Below the pieces are notes generated by a model. It ran no database searches, was not told the DNA's origin, and worked only from the letters and a program-made list of their open reading frames with translations. Below, piece by piece: positions 1 to 13,778 of a stretch of 64,000 bases of DNA. Source of the DNA: Octopus sinensis (Eukaryota); NCBI RefSeq assembly GCF_006345805.1, contig NC_043003.1, positions 48,670,001 through 48,734,000 of the forward strand. The letters run 5' to 3'. The first letter of the stretch is position 1. Each line of letters begins with the position of its first letter. The translations under genes and the position numbers were made by a program.

Positions 1-11
1 TTCTACCCTTA

Positions 12-50
<39 letters not shown>

Positions 51-278
51 GTATACACGTATAATATATTCAAAGATATGTGTGTATGTATGTGTATGTA
101 TGTCTATCCATCTCCCTCTCTCTCTCCCTCTCTCCCTCTCGCTCTCTTTCTATATATATATATATATATACATACACACACATACATACACAAATACATA
201 CATATGTCTGAATATATGAATATATGAATATATATATACATACATACATACACATGTATGTATCTGTGTATACATACA

Positions 279-327
<49 letters not shown>

Positions 328-1406
328 TAGTCTAGCTCTCCTTAATTATTGCTGATTTCCCCTCTTTCGTTCCACTCCCATAGCATACATTCTCTAACTT
401 ATTGTTTACTCCTTTCAAATGACTTGTATTCGCTATAGACTATCCAATACAACCTACCATTACTATTGTCTCCTGTAATAATAATTCATTCATTTAGTTC
501 TTCCATTTTTAAATCCAAATCAAAATTCTTCTTCATTCTATTAGATTATTCTTACCAATTTTTCCATTTTTTTCATTTCACATAATATTTCATCAGTTTT
601 GTGTACATGTATTTATTACATATTGTTTCCGCCCACAAATTTCTTAGCTCTCCTTGATATATCTTTAGCTTCGATAAATAAGCTTCTCTTTCATAAGCAA
701 TAACCCTTTTTTTCCCCCTTTTTCTTTCGCAATATGGTGTCTTTTACCTTCTGACGCAAATCACAGAGAGAAATGGCGCCTAGAGAAAGAGCTTTGACCT
801 AGTTATATCCACAGTTGCATTGTCACGAGATATATATCGAGGGCAGGCACTTCCAATAAATAACTACAATGGATAATATTCGACATATTTCGCATTTTAT
901 ACTCCAAAGTAGGTAAGGATATCCCGCCTTTAGGAAGTGAAGCTCTTAAACGTACAATACAATGAAAAGTAACTTTCGGAAATGGAATACTTGAAACAAA
1001 TGGCATTACATACGTATATACGCACATATATTAAAGAACAGTTACCGGCAAGCACAAATACTTGTACACAAACGCACACACTCACACACGCATGAAGACA
1101 GACAGACACACACACAAACACACACATGCACGTACACAGGCACACATATACATACACACATAGAAAGATATATGTGTTTATTTTATATGTACATATGTGT
1201 ACGTGTGTACGTATGTGTGTGCGTTTAGGTAATGGTTTATACACACACACACAACGGAGTACATCTTTTACACTTATGCGAGAGTAGGCGTGTTAACATA
1301 CGCACACATACATAATACATACATACATACATACATACATTCATACATACATACATACATACATACATAACATAAAACAAAAAAGAAGCAGCATCAGCTT
1401 CAATAC

Positions 1407-1442
<36 letters not shown>

Positions 1443-1705
1443 GCATATGCATATGTCATATGTGTATATATGTATGACTACGTGTATGTGCGTTTTTGTA
1501 AAATATTATATTGCACACATACACAAATTTAAATAAAAGTATACACTTCCATACATAAATACACACACACACACATACACACATATATACATATAGATGT
1601 ATATATATATTTGTATGTATATATATGTGTGTGTGTATATACACACACGTACATAAACACAGGAATATATATATATATATTATATATATATACACATATC
1701 CTGGA

Positions 1706-2170
1706 AGCACAAGGCCTCAAATTTAGGGGATGGGATTAAGTTGATTACATCGACCCCAGTGCGTAACTGGTACTTACTTAATCGACCCCGAAATAATGAA
1801 ACGCAAAGTCGACCTCGGCGGAATTTGAACTCACAACGTAACGACGGGCGAAATATTCCGCCGAGGTCGACTTTGCCTTTCATCCTTTCGGGGTCGATAA
1901 ATTAAGTACCAGTTACGCAGTGGGGTCGATGTAATCGACTTAATCCGTTTGTCCGTCCTTGTTTGTCCTCTCTGTGTTTAGCCCCTTGTCGATAGTAAAG
2001 AACTAGGTATTTTGTCTGCCGCTACGTTCTGAGTTCAAATTCCGCCGAGGTCATCTTTGCGTTTCATTATTTCGGGGTCGATAAATTAAGTATCAGTTGC
2101 GTACTGAAGTCGATCTAATCGACTGGCCCCTCCCCCAAAATCTCGGGCCTTTTGCCTAGAATAGAAAAGA
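1706..2170. mobile_element. Cluster of tRNA-derived SINE pieces: minus-strand copy abutting a plus-strand copy plus a second tandem unit
   Basis: Same body as other copies (GTTCAAATTCCGCCGAGGTCGACTTTGCCTTTCATCCTTTCGGGGTCGATAAATTAAGTACCAGT); B-box GTTCAAATTCC; inverted orientation switch near 1853. Confidence 0.85.
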
Positions 2171-2325
2171 ATATATACATATATATGTACATATACAGAA
2201 GATAGTTAGAAAACTACAGATATAAGCCATCAATGGGACTAACAAAATATGCAAAAATTCTCAAAAATTTAGTACACAACGCAACTGTATATATATATAT
2301 AGATATGCAATTGCATATATATATA

Positions 2326-2377
<52 letters not shown>

Positions 2378-2528
2378 GCACAGATATGCAGCAAGTAAAT
2401 AAACACATTTAATTTTCAAAATTTCTGATCTAAGCGTCTTAATATGTTTTCAGTAGTGTAGAATTTACAATGTAAATATTCTTTTTCATTCCAGGTGCCA
2501 TTATATTAAATATTTGCGAAGAGTAACC

Positions 2529-2915
2529 ATGCCACGCACAAAAAATTCAGCACAACTGTCAGATTTTCTATGAGGTCGTTTGTTGGGCAATCTGAGGCTG
2601 GTCTTAGTCAGCGAAAATTTGCCGAAAATCTTCAAATTCCTCTTGCCACTGTTAATAGAATTATAGTGCAATTCAAAAACCAAGGAAGAGAATCAGCAGA
2701 TCTCGTCCCGTCCGACCTGGGACCTCGGAAAGGAAGCTTCGCTGTTTGAAGGGAAGTGTGGAAAACGAACCCCATTCGAAGATTTCTGACATTGCAAAAC
2801 AGCTAGAAGTTAGTCCAAGAACCTGTGTTAAATATCTGCATAAGCTTGGGCATTATGGACGAGCAGCTAGAAGAAAACCTTTCTTTCAACCAATTAATAT
2901 CAAAGAAAAGACTTT
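2529..2915 (+). pseudogene. Tc1-like transposase N-terminal DNA-binding region, degenerate
   Basis: Manual translation MPRTKNSAQLSDF*..GQSEAGLSQRKFAENLQIPLATVNRIIVQFK...ISDIAKQLEVSPRTCVKYLHKLGHYGRAARRKPF: paired-type HTH pattern ending in the typical RKP motif; stop and frameshifts; no DDE domain seen. Confidence 0.8.
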
Positions 2916-4252
2916 GAAAATTAAATGTGTCTATTTACTTCCTGCATGTCTGTGTATATAGAACGAAGCGTACAAATCTGTACATGCACAACTACTCTGC
3001 TGATGTCGAAATACCAATGAAATGGCATTAGCTTTAGCTTAGAAAACAACTTCTTCTCCATTAGCATGAAATCTAGAATAAAACTAAGTAATAACATGCA
3101 TATATCGATACATACATAAAAATATGCATACATGTATATATGAATAAGATAAATAGCAGTTTGAAATAAGTTTTGAATAGGGCAACGACATGATGGACGC
3201 TAATTGTTGAAGTAGTTTACTTGATATGTTTGCAGTCTTGTAACAGAAGCCAATAAAAGAAGAAAACAATAAATGTTTGCTCCAAGCATATACAATCTTG
3301 TTAAATGCGTTAACGTAATAAACCGTAAGTTCTCGACAAAAACACAAAACTTATTGGAATAATAGTGGTTTCAGGAACTTTTGCTATTGTTAGTTTCCTT
3401 TCAACCGCGACATTCTACAAAGAGCTCGAGAAACAGTCTCCACCTCAGCGGCTTTTAAGCCGGAGGTAGCGTCTCCTTAGGATTGTTGTAAGCTCAGAAA
3501 GAAGCGGTAAATATCATGGCACTATGGGGAAAGCTGAGTGTTTAGAAATAAAATATTCATATCATGTACAGAACTTATATTTCTTTCGTCACGTTTACTC
3601 TTTTACTTGTGTCAGCCATTATATGTGTGTGTGTGTGTGTGTGCGTGTGTGTGTGTGTGAGTGTGTGTCTGTGTGTGTGTGTTGGTATGTGTGTGTATCG
3701 TTGTACCTGTGTTTGTCGCCAACGCCGCCACTTGACAACCGGAGATGATTTTTTTACGTCCCCGTAACTTAGCGCTCCGTCAATAGAACCGATAGAATAA
3801 GGATCAGACTTTAAAACTAAGTACTGGAATTGATTTGTTCGACTAAACCCTTCTTCAAGCCAGTGCCCTAATATGGCTTGCGGATCGGCACCAGTTCGCT
3901 GACCCCCACTTTGAGTAGCGCTGGTTTAAATGACAGTTTATTCACTGCACCTTGTATATATATTCTGTGATTTAGCTTAGAATCCCTTGACGACAATGTA
4001 ACCTTCATTTAACTAAGGTATCTTCGGCCCGATGAGTAGCTACTGTAGTACCCCGCGTTGAGTAATTACAACGTCCGAGGTTCCACTAGCTAGGAAACAT
4101 ATGTAGCCTGGATTTTACCTGCACCATTCCGTAACTTTAAATATATGTATACATGCATACATACACACATACATACATAATGTGACCTCCTGTGTACCGT
4201 TGGCGATTTTTTCCCCTCTGTCTTCCCTTCTCTGGATCTTTCCTTCTCCTAT

Positions 4253-4287
4253 GTTTCCGACGAAGAGCTCCGCTCGAAACGTTAAAC
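4253..4287 (+). ncRNA. Minimal type-I hammerhead-like motif (U4C core)
   Basis: GUUU-CCGACGA-A-GAGC/UCC/GCUC-GAAA-C-GUU^AAAC: helix I 4 bp, helix II 4 bp, palindromic helix III ACGU, NUH=GUU. Confidence 0.6.
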
Positions 4288-4387
4288 CCTCCTTCTTTCC
4301 TTCTTTCCTGAGCGTCTAATAATACTATATTTGTTCCACGTCCTCGCGTTGTTGTGTGTTTTTGTGCTTTCTTGTTTGGATTAACTT

Positions 4388-4478
<91 letters not shown>

Positions 4479-4549
4479 TGTATGTATGTATGTATTATGT
4501 ATGTATGTATGTATATATGTATGTATGCATGTGTGTGTGTATGTATGTA

Positions 4550-4580
<31 letters not shown>

Positions 4581-4729
4581 ATGTGTGTGTGTGTATGTAT
4601 GTATGTATACACACACACACAGACCTTCATATTACGCTCTATATTCGACTGATACTTTATTCTGAAATATATTTATATCAAGTTCTTATACTAGGTTATT
4701 AGTGCTCAAGCGAAATATATGCGTGTTTG

Positions 4730-4787
<58 letters not shown>

Positions 4788-5896
4788 ATACACACACATA
4801 CATATATATGTGTGTGTGTGCGCGCACGCCTTTGTGTTTGTCTTCCACCATCTCTTGACAACCAGCGTTGGTATGTTTACGCTCCTGTAACCTAGCAGTC
4901 CGACAAAAACATCTGATAGAATAAGTACCAAGCTTTAAAAAAATACTGGTATCAGTTTACCGGACTGAATCCTTGAAGGCGGTGCTCCAGCATGGCTGCT
5001 GTTCAAAGGCTGACAGAAGTAAAAAATATTAGATGAAAGACAAAACCCGCATACATACTATCATACATGCACGCGCGCGCACACACCCACAAATACATAC
5101 CATCATACACACGAACAAACATATACACATGTATATATATATGTGTGCATGTACGTATGCATGTATATATGTATATATGTATGTATGCATGTGTGTATGT
5201 ATATTTTATGTATCAATTTCTCCTTATCTATTTATTCACTGATTCCAATTAGACACAGTCTATTTGTACAGGATTAGCGAAAATCGAAAGAATCAAAATG
5301 GTTGTTGCATGAATAAGTTACCTTTCCGACCAACCCCAATCCCAAACCCTAACCAAAACACAAACTCAGACCTAAAGCCACACCCAAACACCATCCCCGA
5401 CAAGAAATCCATTCAGCAGAACACAGCCTCCGGCCCGGATAGCATTTTATCCTAACAAGATAGATTTGACTCCAACCGTTGTCCTACTACTATCTCGCAC
5501 AGATGCCAAAAGATTAATGACTCATTTAGATGAGGAAATGAAGTCGAAAATAAATAGTGTGTTTCTTTCCAACGCTCAGCTTCATTAGTGAGAGAAGACG
5601 TGTGGCGACAGTACGATAGCTGAGAACAAAATAAAACCCTTCACCAATATCGCCCACCCTCAACCCGCTCCAAGAGATACTGTATGATTCATGAACAAAA
5701 GTGCAGGCGGAGAAAATGTCGTTCTCTCTCGACCACGTTACTGTAGAGATAAATTGATAGATATTTTAAAATCGAAAGAGTTCATCTTTCGTAGATATAT
5801 GTGCATGATTAAATATACGTATGGTGGTCGTCTGTTCACATAATTCTTTTACTCCACTGAGATATGACACACATATACGCGTGCACAAGTTCAACA

Positions 5897-5928
<32 letters not shown>

Positions 5929-6092
5929 CTATTCTTGTTAAAGAATGCGTCTGTGTATGTGTGTATATGTAAATATTTACACACACATGTGTATATATAC
6001 ATATATATGTATGTATGTATGTATGTATGAATGTATGTATGTATGTATTATGTATGTATGCATGTATGTATGTATGTATGTATTTATCTATC

Positions 6093-6123
<31 letters not shown>

Positions 6124-6137
6124 CTACTATCTATCTA

Positions 6138-6212
<75 letters not shown>

Positions 6213-6331
6213 ATATATATATATATATATTATATATTATATATATATATATATACGTATATTGATATACACACACCACACTCACATGGTATAACATAAT
6301 AATCATAATTATATGAATATGCGTGCGTGTA

Positions 6332-6407
<76 letters not shown>

Positions 6408-7904
6408 GTATATACGTGTATATATATGTGTGTGTGTGCGTGTAAATATTTACATATACACACATACGTAGACGTATTCTTTAACAAGAATAGTATTGAC
6501 AGGATCTTCGAAGTTTCGAACAGCTTAGCCATCATCGAACTAACACACACACACACACACACACACACCACACACACACACACACCACACACACACACAC
6601 ACACACACTCCTATATATACATATGTATGTGTGTGTGTCTGTGTATACACACACATTTATTGACATACGCACGCTCACATACAGATTATAGATATATATG
6701 CATTGTTTTTGTGCCATATAGATAACAATTAAAATGTAGTTGTGATTGGTCAGTAATATCGTTTGCTGAATTGGTAGAGCGACCGACTGCCTTTTAGCAT
6801 TTTCTCATGTCCTACATTTTTATTTCTGATTCCAACGGGCCCATCTTTGCTACTCCGTTTTCTCGGGATTAATAGAATAAATTTCCGGTCATATACTAAG
6901 GACAATTTAATTCTTTGATTTCTATTCTTCCGGGTAATGATAGAATAAATACCCGACCTTTGGCTGACAGGGATACAAATGACATTGGCCTTGTCTTTTT
7001 GTCATGAGTTTGCTGGAACTGTGAGTTTGCTGGAACTGTGAGTTTGCTGCAGCGCACATTACAATTTTGCACATTCTACGTGACTGTTGGGAGAAAGAGA
7101 TGGAAAAATCTTGAGATCTTCAAACCGGACAATTGTTCAGAAACTTGCAACAAAGTACATATCATTAGAGGCACCCAGGGACAATGGGGTATTACACCAG
7201 ATCTACCACAGCAATTGTTAGAGTCCAAGTCAACTGGATTCCATGCAGTTTCCACCGACGAAGTTTGACTCACAAGGCTTGGTTCTAATCTAAGCTATGA
7301 AATACTTTCTCATTGGTAGGTGCACTGGAATCGAACCTGAAATCGCATGATTGTGAAGCAAGCTTCTTAACCATACGGCCATGCCTGCATCAATAATGGG
7401 ATAATTTGCTGCTGTAAGCGAAGTCAGGGCAGTTAAACAAACGCGTTTCACCCATTAGCTTGAATTATGCTGCCCTTATGGGTATAACTTCAAGAAATAA
7501 GTTGTTCGATCGGACTGATTTGTCCTAGAAACATTACACAAAAATCAAGCCTTCTTCGCTACACCATTCTCCCTTGTACATTAAGACTGAGCCAATCGGC
7601 TGTGACCGCCTTCTGGAAATAATTGGATGATTACCAATTCAAAAGGAATCAATATTTACATACATAGAATGGGATAACATGTATAGCTGAATAAAATGAA
7701 GTACTAATGGATGTGTGCTGATAAATACTGATCGTCTATCTTTTAATATCTCAATAACTTAATAATGAAAACGATAAATTTTTCAGTAAGGATTGGCAAA
7801 TGAAAAAGCAGCAAGATTTATCAGTAAAGTGTATCGCATATGAATATTACATTACCAGATGTGTAAGTTACGATTTCTTTTATTGTTGTTATTTAGTTTG
7901 GTGA

Positions 7905-8345
7905 TGGCGCGTGGCTTAGTAGTTGGGTGGGGGTGTTCGGCTCACGAACGTAACGTCGTGAGTTCGATTCTCAGCGGTGAGTTGTGTTCTTGAGTAAGAC
8001 GCGTTACTTCATGTTGTTCCAGTCGACTCAGCTGGTAAAAATCAGTTGTACCTGTAATTCGAACAACCAGCCTTTTCACATCTTGCGTCACGCTGAATCT
8101 CTCTGAGAGCTCCGCAAAGGGTACGCGTGTCTGTGGAGTGTTTAGCCCACTAGCGTAGCTAGAGTGTGTAGCCAGGGTTGGCCCTTCAGTTTCTCGTCCC
8201 CGGGCCCCCTCAGAAAATACATATTCCCTTCAGCAGATCCAATAAAAGTATCGCCCAGGGCGGACCTCTCCCTCTGCCTCCTCTAGCTACGCTTGTGGCT
8301 CATCCACTTGCACGTTAACTTCATGAGCAGGCTGTTCCATTGATC
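7905..8345 (+). mobile_element. tRNA-derived SINE with CORE-like central domain, interrupted by a MITE
   Basis: A-box-like TGGCTTAGTAG, B-box GTTCGATTCTC, central GTGTTCTTGAGTAAGAC...CTCAGCTG; related copies at about 15340-15660 and 39650-39900. Confidence 0.7.
8148..8297. mobile_element. 150-bp MITE, hAT-like
   Basis: 17-bp TIRs CACTAGCGTAGCTAGAG / CTCTAGCTACGCTTGTG (1 mismatch); flanks GTTTAGCC and GCTCATCC fit a decayed 8-bp TSD within the host SINE. Confidence 0.65.
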
Positions 8346-8553
8346 GGATCAACTGGAACATGCGAAGGCATGAAATCTTGAGGGAGGGTTCTACAACAGC
8401 CTTAGAGTTAAACTTATTTTATCGACTCCGAAAGGATGAAAGGTAAAGTTGGTTTCGGTAGGATTTGAACCTAGAACATAAAGAGCCAGTATAAATGCCA
8501 CTAAGCATTTTATCTGGCTTGTAAAGATTCTACTGTTTCAACAATAATAATGA

Positions 8554-8930
8554 CTAGTGGGACCCGTGAATATTTCACGGAATTAATGGTAAACCTATTG
8601 GGTTATATCTGAAAACTTTATCCAAAAAGCCTGAAAGCGTAGTCTATGTTGTGTCTTTATGGAAAGATAGTCTCTCATCTGCTACTCATTGGAAATTGAA
8701 AGAAATTGGAATACAATGATTACCTAATGCACTTTATATATACACTTTATATACTCTATGCACAATTTTATAGACTTAATACACAGAACTCATAAAATAA
8801 AAATTCACTCTTGTTTTTCCATTTCCTCATAAACAAAAAAAAAAAAAATATCCCGTACATATGATACAATCTTTAGTTAAATTGCATATATCTGCCACGT
8901 AAATAAGCGTGAATATTTCACGGAATTGCA
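8554..8930 (-). mobile_element. Helitron 3' terminus (distinct family) with duplicated hairpin
   Basis: Minus strand reads CCGTGAAATATTCACGG (hairpin) GTCCCA CTAG|T; hairpin sequence repeated near 8908-8925; 5' end not located. Confidence 0.55.
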
Positions 8931-9033
8931 CTTATGGGCATGCGTTAAGTGATAGGTGATATAAAAAAAATTAGTCCAGTCAAAAAAATATACTTTTCAC
9001 TATCCAATCATCACCGCCACCTCCACCACCACC

Positions 9034-9101
<68 letters not shown>

Positions 9102-9834
9102 TTCTGCTGGGGCTACAAGGCGAAATTTTGAGGGGACTGGCTAGTCGAGTACATCAACTCCAGTACTCAGTTGGTACTTAATTCATCGACTCCCAAAGAG
9201 ATGAAAGGCAAAGTTGACAGCAACGAGATTTGAACTCAGAGCGTAAAAATCCAGAAGAGATATCGCTTAGCATTTCGTTCAATGTACTAAAGATGCTGTC
9301 AGCACGCCAAGCGGAAGAGCGCACAAAACGTTAGCAGGATTTGGACTTTGTATTTTTCATTTTCTTGGGTGTCCTTGTTGCTAATTAGATCAGTTTGAGC
9401 TTGCATCATCATTGACTTCCCGAAATACATATCTGCTTATTAACTGAACTTTTAACCTCCACTTCTCCATCGCTTGCTTCATTGATAAATCGCCAGTTTA
9501 TTAGACCACTTAACGTTTGTTTTTTTTTCTACTTACGCCAAGCGTAGGCAGATATCACATCATAATATTGTGATTCGATGCTTCGACAAGAGAGCATTTA
9601 GAATACATACATACACACACATACATACATGCATACATACATACTTACATACATACATTAAATGACGTCAGTGTTAAGACTCTTCGAAATTTAAGTGGTG
9701 CATGACATAAGTACATGAGATAGAGCAAAGACGAGTATAAGTGGCCAGAGCATAAATGTCCGACAAAAGACTTTCGTATCATGTATGTTATTACCGAATA
9801 GTGGGAGCGAGCATGGCTGTGTGCTTAATGGCGA

Positions 9835-10255
9835 GAACGGCGAGCTGGCTGAAACGTTAGCACGTCGGGTGAAATGCTTCGCGGTATTTCGCCTGCCGCT
9901 ACGTTCTGAGTTCAAATTCCGCCGAGGTCAACTTTGCCTTTCATCCTTTCGGGGTCGATAAATTAAGTACCAGTTACGCACTGGGGTCGATGTAATCGAC
10001 TTAATACCTATGTCTGTCCTTGTTCGTCCCCTCTGTGTTTAGCCCCTTGTGGGTAATAAAGAAATAGGTATTTCGCCTGCCTCTACGTTCTGAGTTCAAA
10101 TTCCGCCGAGGTCGACTTTGCCTTTCATCCTTTCGGGGTCGATTAAATAAGTACTAGTTACGCCCTGGAGTCGATGTAATCGACTTAATCCCTTTGTCTG
10201 TCCTTGTTTGTCTCCTCTATGTTTAGCCCCTGTGGGCAATAAAAAAAGAAATAAT
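9835..10255 (+). mobile_element. tRNA-derived SINE, head-to-tail dimer
   Basis: A-box TGGCTGAAACG, B-box GTTCAAATTCC, tail ...TAGCCCCTTGTGGGTAATAAAGAAATA followed directly by a second unit starting GGTATTTCG. Confidence 0.9.
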
Positions 10256-10500
10256 TCTACAAGTTTACTGTTACAGTTTATGTTAATGACGGGCATTAAA
10301 ACCAACACACACACATGACAATCGAAAGAAAAGGGCATCCAACACATTAAGTAGAAGTTGCAGGTATCATTTAAAAGTTTGATTGGATCCCGTGCTATAT
10401 ATAATGTTTTGGTTCGTGGTATAATTCAACAAAGAGAGCGCTCCAACTCGTGGGAGCCAAATATTTTTTCCGTCTAAGGATCACAATACATATCTTCGGG

Positions 10501-10550
10501 CGCTACTAATAGTTTCACGTGTCTGGAAGTCCAAACACGTTCTTCGGATA
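10501..10550 (-). ncRNA. Minimal hammerhead-like motif (U4C core, weak helix I)
   Basis: Minus: UAU-CCGAAGA-ACGUGUUUGGA/CU/UCCAGACACGU-GAAA-CUAUUAG-UA^GCG; helix II about 11 bp, helix III ACUA-U-UAGU, NUH=GUA; helix I poorly paired. Confidence 0.5.
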
Positions 10551-10656
10551 GAAATGGTAAGATAGCAAAAGAATGAAAGGGATCTCGATATTATATAAAG
10601 TGGAGGAATTTATCTGTAAATATTTGTGACAATTATTCGGTAGCCATCGATGGCCC

Positions 10657-10712
10657 GATAACTGAAGAGATGGCGGGCTGGGTTTCCGACATCCGAAACT
10701 CAGATTTTTATT
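10657..10712 (+). ncRNA. Minimal hammerhead-like motif with canonical CUGAAGA core, inside a 23-bp inverted repeat
   Basis: GAUAA-CUGAAGA-GAUG..CAUCC-GAAA-CUC-A-GAU-UU^UUAUU; flanking arms 10625-10647 and 10713-10735 are perfect reverse complements. Confidence 0.55.
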
Positions 10713-10747
10713 ATGGCTACCGAATAATTGTCACATATTACATTTAC

Positions 10748-10782
<35 letters not shown>

Positions 10783-11010
10783 GTATAGAAAATATAATAA
10801 TTTTAAAATTTTGGGTTCACATTACACTGGGATATATGAAAAAAATTAAACTGTCGAAGTATTAATAAAACATACAAAAATTATGAAAAATATATGAAGA
10901 ATATATAAAATCTTAAGATATAAGGATGTAAGATATAATTTATAAAATATACGAGGAAATATAAGAAAATATCTGAGAGAATTTGTCTTTTATGCTTGAG
11001 GTCTATGCGG

Positions 11011-11094
11011 TCATCCGATGAGAACGGTTTTCTTTGTAATGATGTAATACTTTCATTGATCAATTAAAGCAGTCGCTCGAAACGGCCGTAATAA
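11011..11094 (+). ncRNA. Minimal hammerhead-like motif (U4C core, long helix II)
   Basis: UCAU-CCGAUGA-GAACG..47 nt..CGCUC-GAAA-CGGCCG-UA^AUAA; helix III palindrome ACGGCCGU, NUH=GUA; one mismatch each in helix I and helix II. Confidence 0.5.
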
Positions 11095-12759
11095 ATAGAC
11101 ACATACATCACTGTTACTCATTTATATTATATTATATATATATATATATATATTCTTTTATTCTTTAACTGGTTTCAGTCATTTGACTGCCGCCATACTA
11201 GAGCACCACCTTTAATATATACATCCACACACATATATATATATATACTATGTGTCAATATACATACATGCATACATACATACATACACACACGTATATA
11301 TACATGAAAGTATGGCTGAACTTGGGTTCTTGCGGAGAGAAAGCAAATTCTTAATTCTTACACTACATATGATCATGATACATGGGATTATAAAAATCTG
11401 CAAGGCTTTCTTAAGATTTAAAGGAAGATGAACAAAACAAGATGCTTTCCTTCACAAACTTGCCACCGAGTAGGTGGCTGGTCAAAATGTACTCTAAATA
11501 AAAAAGAGAAAAAGAAGATCATTCATTCATACATACAAACATATATACATACACACATACATACATACATACATACATACATACATACATACATACATAC
11601 ATACATACATACATACATACATACATTGGTGTTTGGTCAGGAGAAGCGTTTGTATATGGAAGTCAAAAGGAGAAAGACTCTCTGCCAGGCAAAAAATGTG
11701 GATATTAATCATGAATAGTCTGTATATTTCTATTGTCACCAGTGATGAATGTTAGAAATACCTTGGAATCAACAAAAAACACAGCATACGTTTGTGCTAC
11801 GAGTAAAGCTAGACAAACATCAAAAGATATGAAAGTCAGAGCTGTCTGCATTCCAGAAATCTATATCACACATATTCACCTGAAATCAGAAGTTGTTCTC
11901 CGAAGACGAAACACAACAACGATTAGCATATAAATGTTCGAGCCGACCAAAGCCTTGTGAGTGAATTTGGTAGAAGGAAACAGAAAGAAGTCTGTCGTAT
12001 ACATATATATATATAAATGTGTGTATGTGTGTGTATCTATCCACTATGCCAGAATGGATGAAGAATAAATATGAAGTCATTGTTTTAAGGCATTTTCCAG
12101 TAATATTCCTTTTGTTGATATGCATGTGTGTATCGAATAACAGAAGATAGTTTCTATATTTATCATATTGCAGTTTTTTCCTTCGATTTCTAGCATGTGT
12201 GAATAGGTGTGTGCGATCATGTGTGTGTGTGTGGTGTGTGTGTGTGTGTGTGTGTGTGCGAGCGTAGTGTGAAACTAGACATTGGCTGTTAAGTAGATGG
12301 CTGGATAATTCGTTTTCAGTTATGTATTCAGTTGTGCAGGACCATATATATATCTGATTATATTCCCATCCATCTCATTCTTTTCCTCATTTTTCTATTA
12401 TTTTATCTCTAGTAACAAAATCCCACCCCGGAACCCTCATCACGCCACACACACACACACACACGCAGATATACGCACACACACACAGATATACATAGAT
12501 ACATGAGAGTGTCTGCAAACATATATGCGTGTCTACATGTATATGATTAATTTCAGTGAACGTATACATTCACACACATACGCACGCATATGCGTATGTA
12601 TAAACATATATTCATACTATTTAAATTATATATTGTGTGTATGAATACATACATACATATGTGTGTATGTGTGTATGTTTCTGCGTAAGTGCATGTGCAT
12701 GCGTGTACATGTGTGTATGTTTGTATGTATGTATGTCTCTCTCTCCCTCTCTCTCTCTT

Positions 12760-12826
<67 letters not shown>

Positions 12827-13085
12827 CGAAACTGTGGTGTTCTTTGAGACGACAAATTTACTTTCTCTTTAGGTGGTTTGCTTATCTGTTTTTACATTTA
12901 TAATATATTTCAACTTTTTTAATTGAGTCAAATTCGGTTGGTCTATTTTAAATCAATAACAACCTCACATTATGATAACAACAGTCTTATTGATTGTCAA
13001 GTTAGAGCTTCGAAAAATCAAGCGTAATTTCACGCTACACTTAATTTGCTAAATCTTCTAAAATAATCGTCGGCCATTTTGTTCT

Positions 13086-13131
<46 letters not shown>

Positions 13132-13433
13132 TCATTTCGTTGTATCTTAAAAATTATAATTCATTTGTATATTATTCTTGTCTTCAATTGTGACATGTGT
13201 ATGTGTGTGTGTATGTATCTGTGTGTGATATACACATATACTTATATATGCATGCATGTATATATACAGGTGAGTGCATGTGTAGATATATTATAAACAC
13301 AAATATGTATATATATGTACATATGTATATATATATATGTACAATATATATACATACATATATATATATGTATATATACATACAAATATATATATACGTA
13401 TACATACACACACATATATATATATATATATAT

Positions 13434-13533
13434 NNNNNNNNNNNNNNNNNNNNNNNNNNNNNNNNNNNNNNNNNNNNNNNNNNNNNNNNNNNNNNNNNNN
13501 NNNNNNNNNNNNNNNNNNNNNNNNNNNNNNNNN
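13434..13533. other. Assembly gap (100 N)
   Basis: Run of exactly 100 N after a (TA)n tract. Confidence 1.
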
Positions 13534-13713
13534 TCCAACCTGTACTTTTACAATTGCTCTTTTACTCGCGAGTTCTTTTATAGGCCTTAGAAAAACTGAA
13601 GGACCGCTGCAATAAGTGTGTGAATCTGAGAGGGGAATATGTTGAATAAAATCATAACTAACTGATCCTCCTGTATTTTCTTTTACTCAAAGTCAGGAAC
13701 TTTCCTGCACCCC
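13534..13713 (+). mobile_element. Mariner 3' end: transposase C-terminus and right TIR
   Basis: ...KDRCNKCVNLRGEYVE* followed by AAAGTCAGGAACTTTCCTGCACCCCTTG|TA. Confidence 0.7.
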
Positions 13714-13731
13714 TTGTACACACACACACAC

Positions 13732-13778
<47 letters not shown>

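Noticed and set aside
7005-7048. 17-bp direct repeat x2.6 (TGAGTTTGCTGGAACTG); also the 69-bp and 105-bp arrays
   Set aside because: No unique spacers and a eukaryotic context; not CRISPR.
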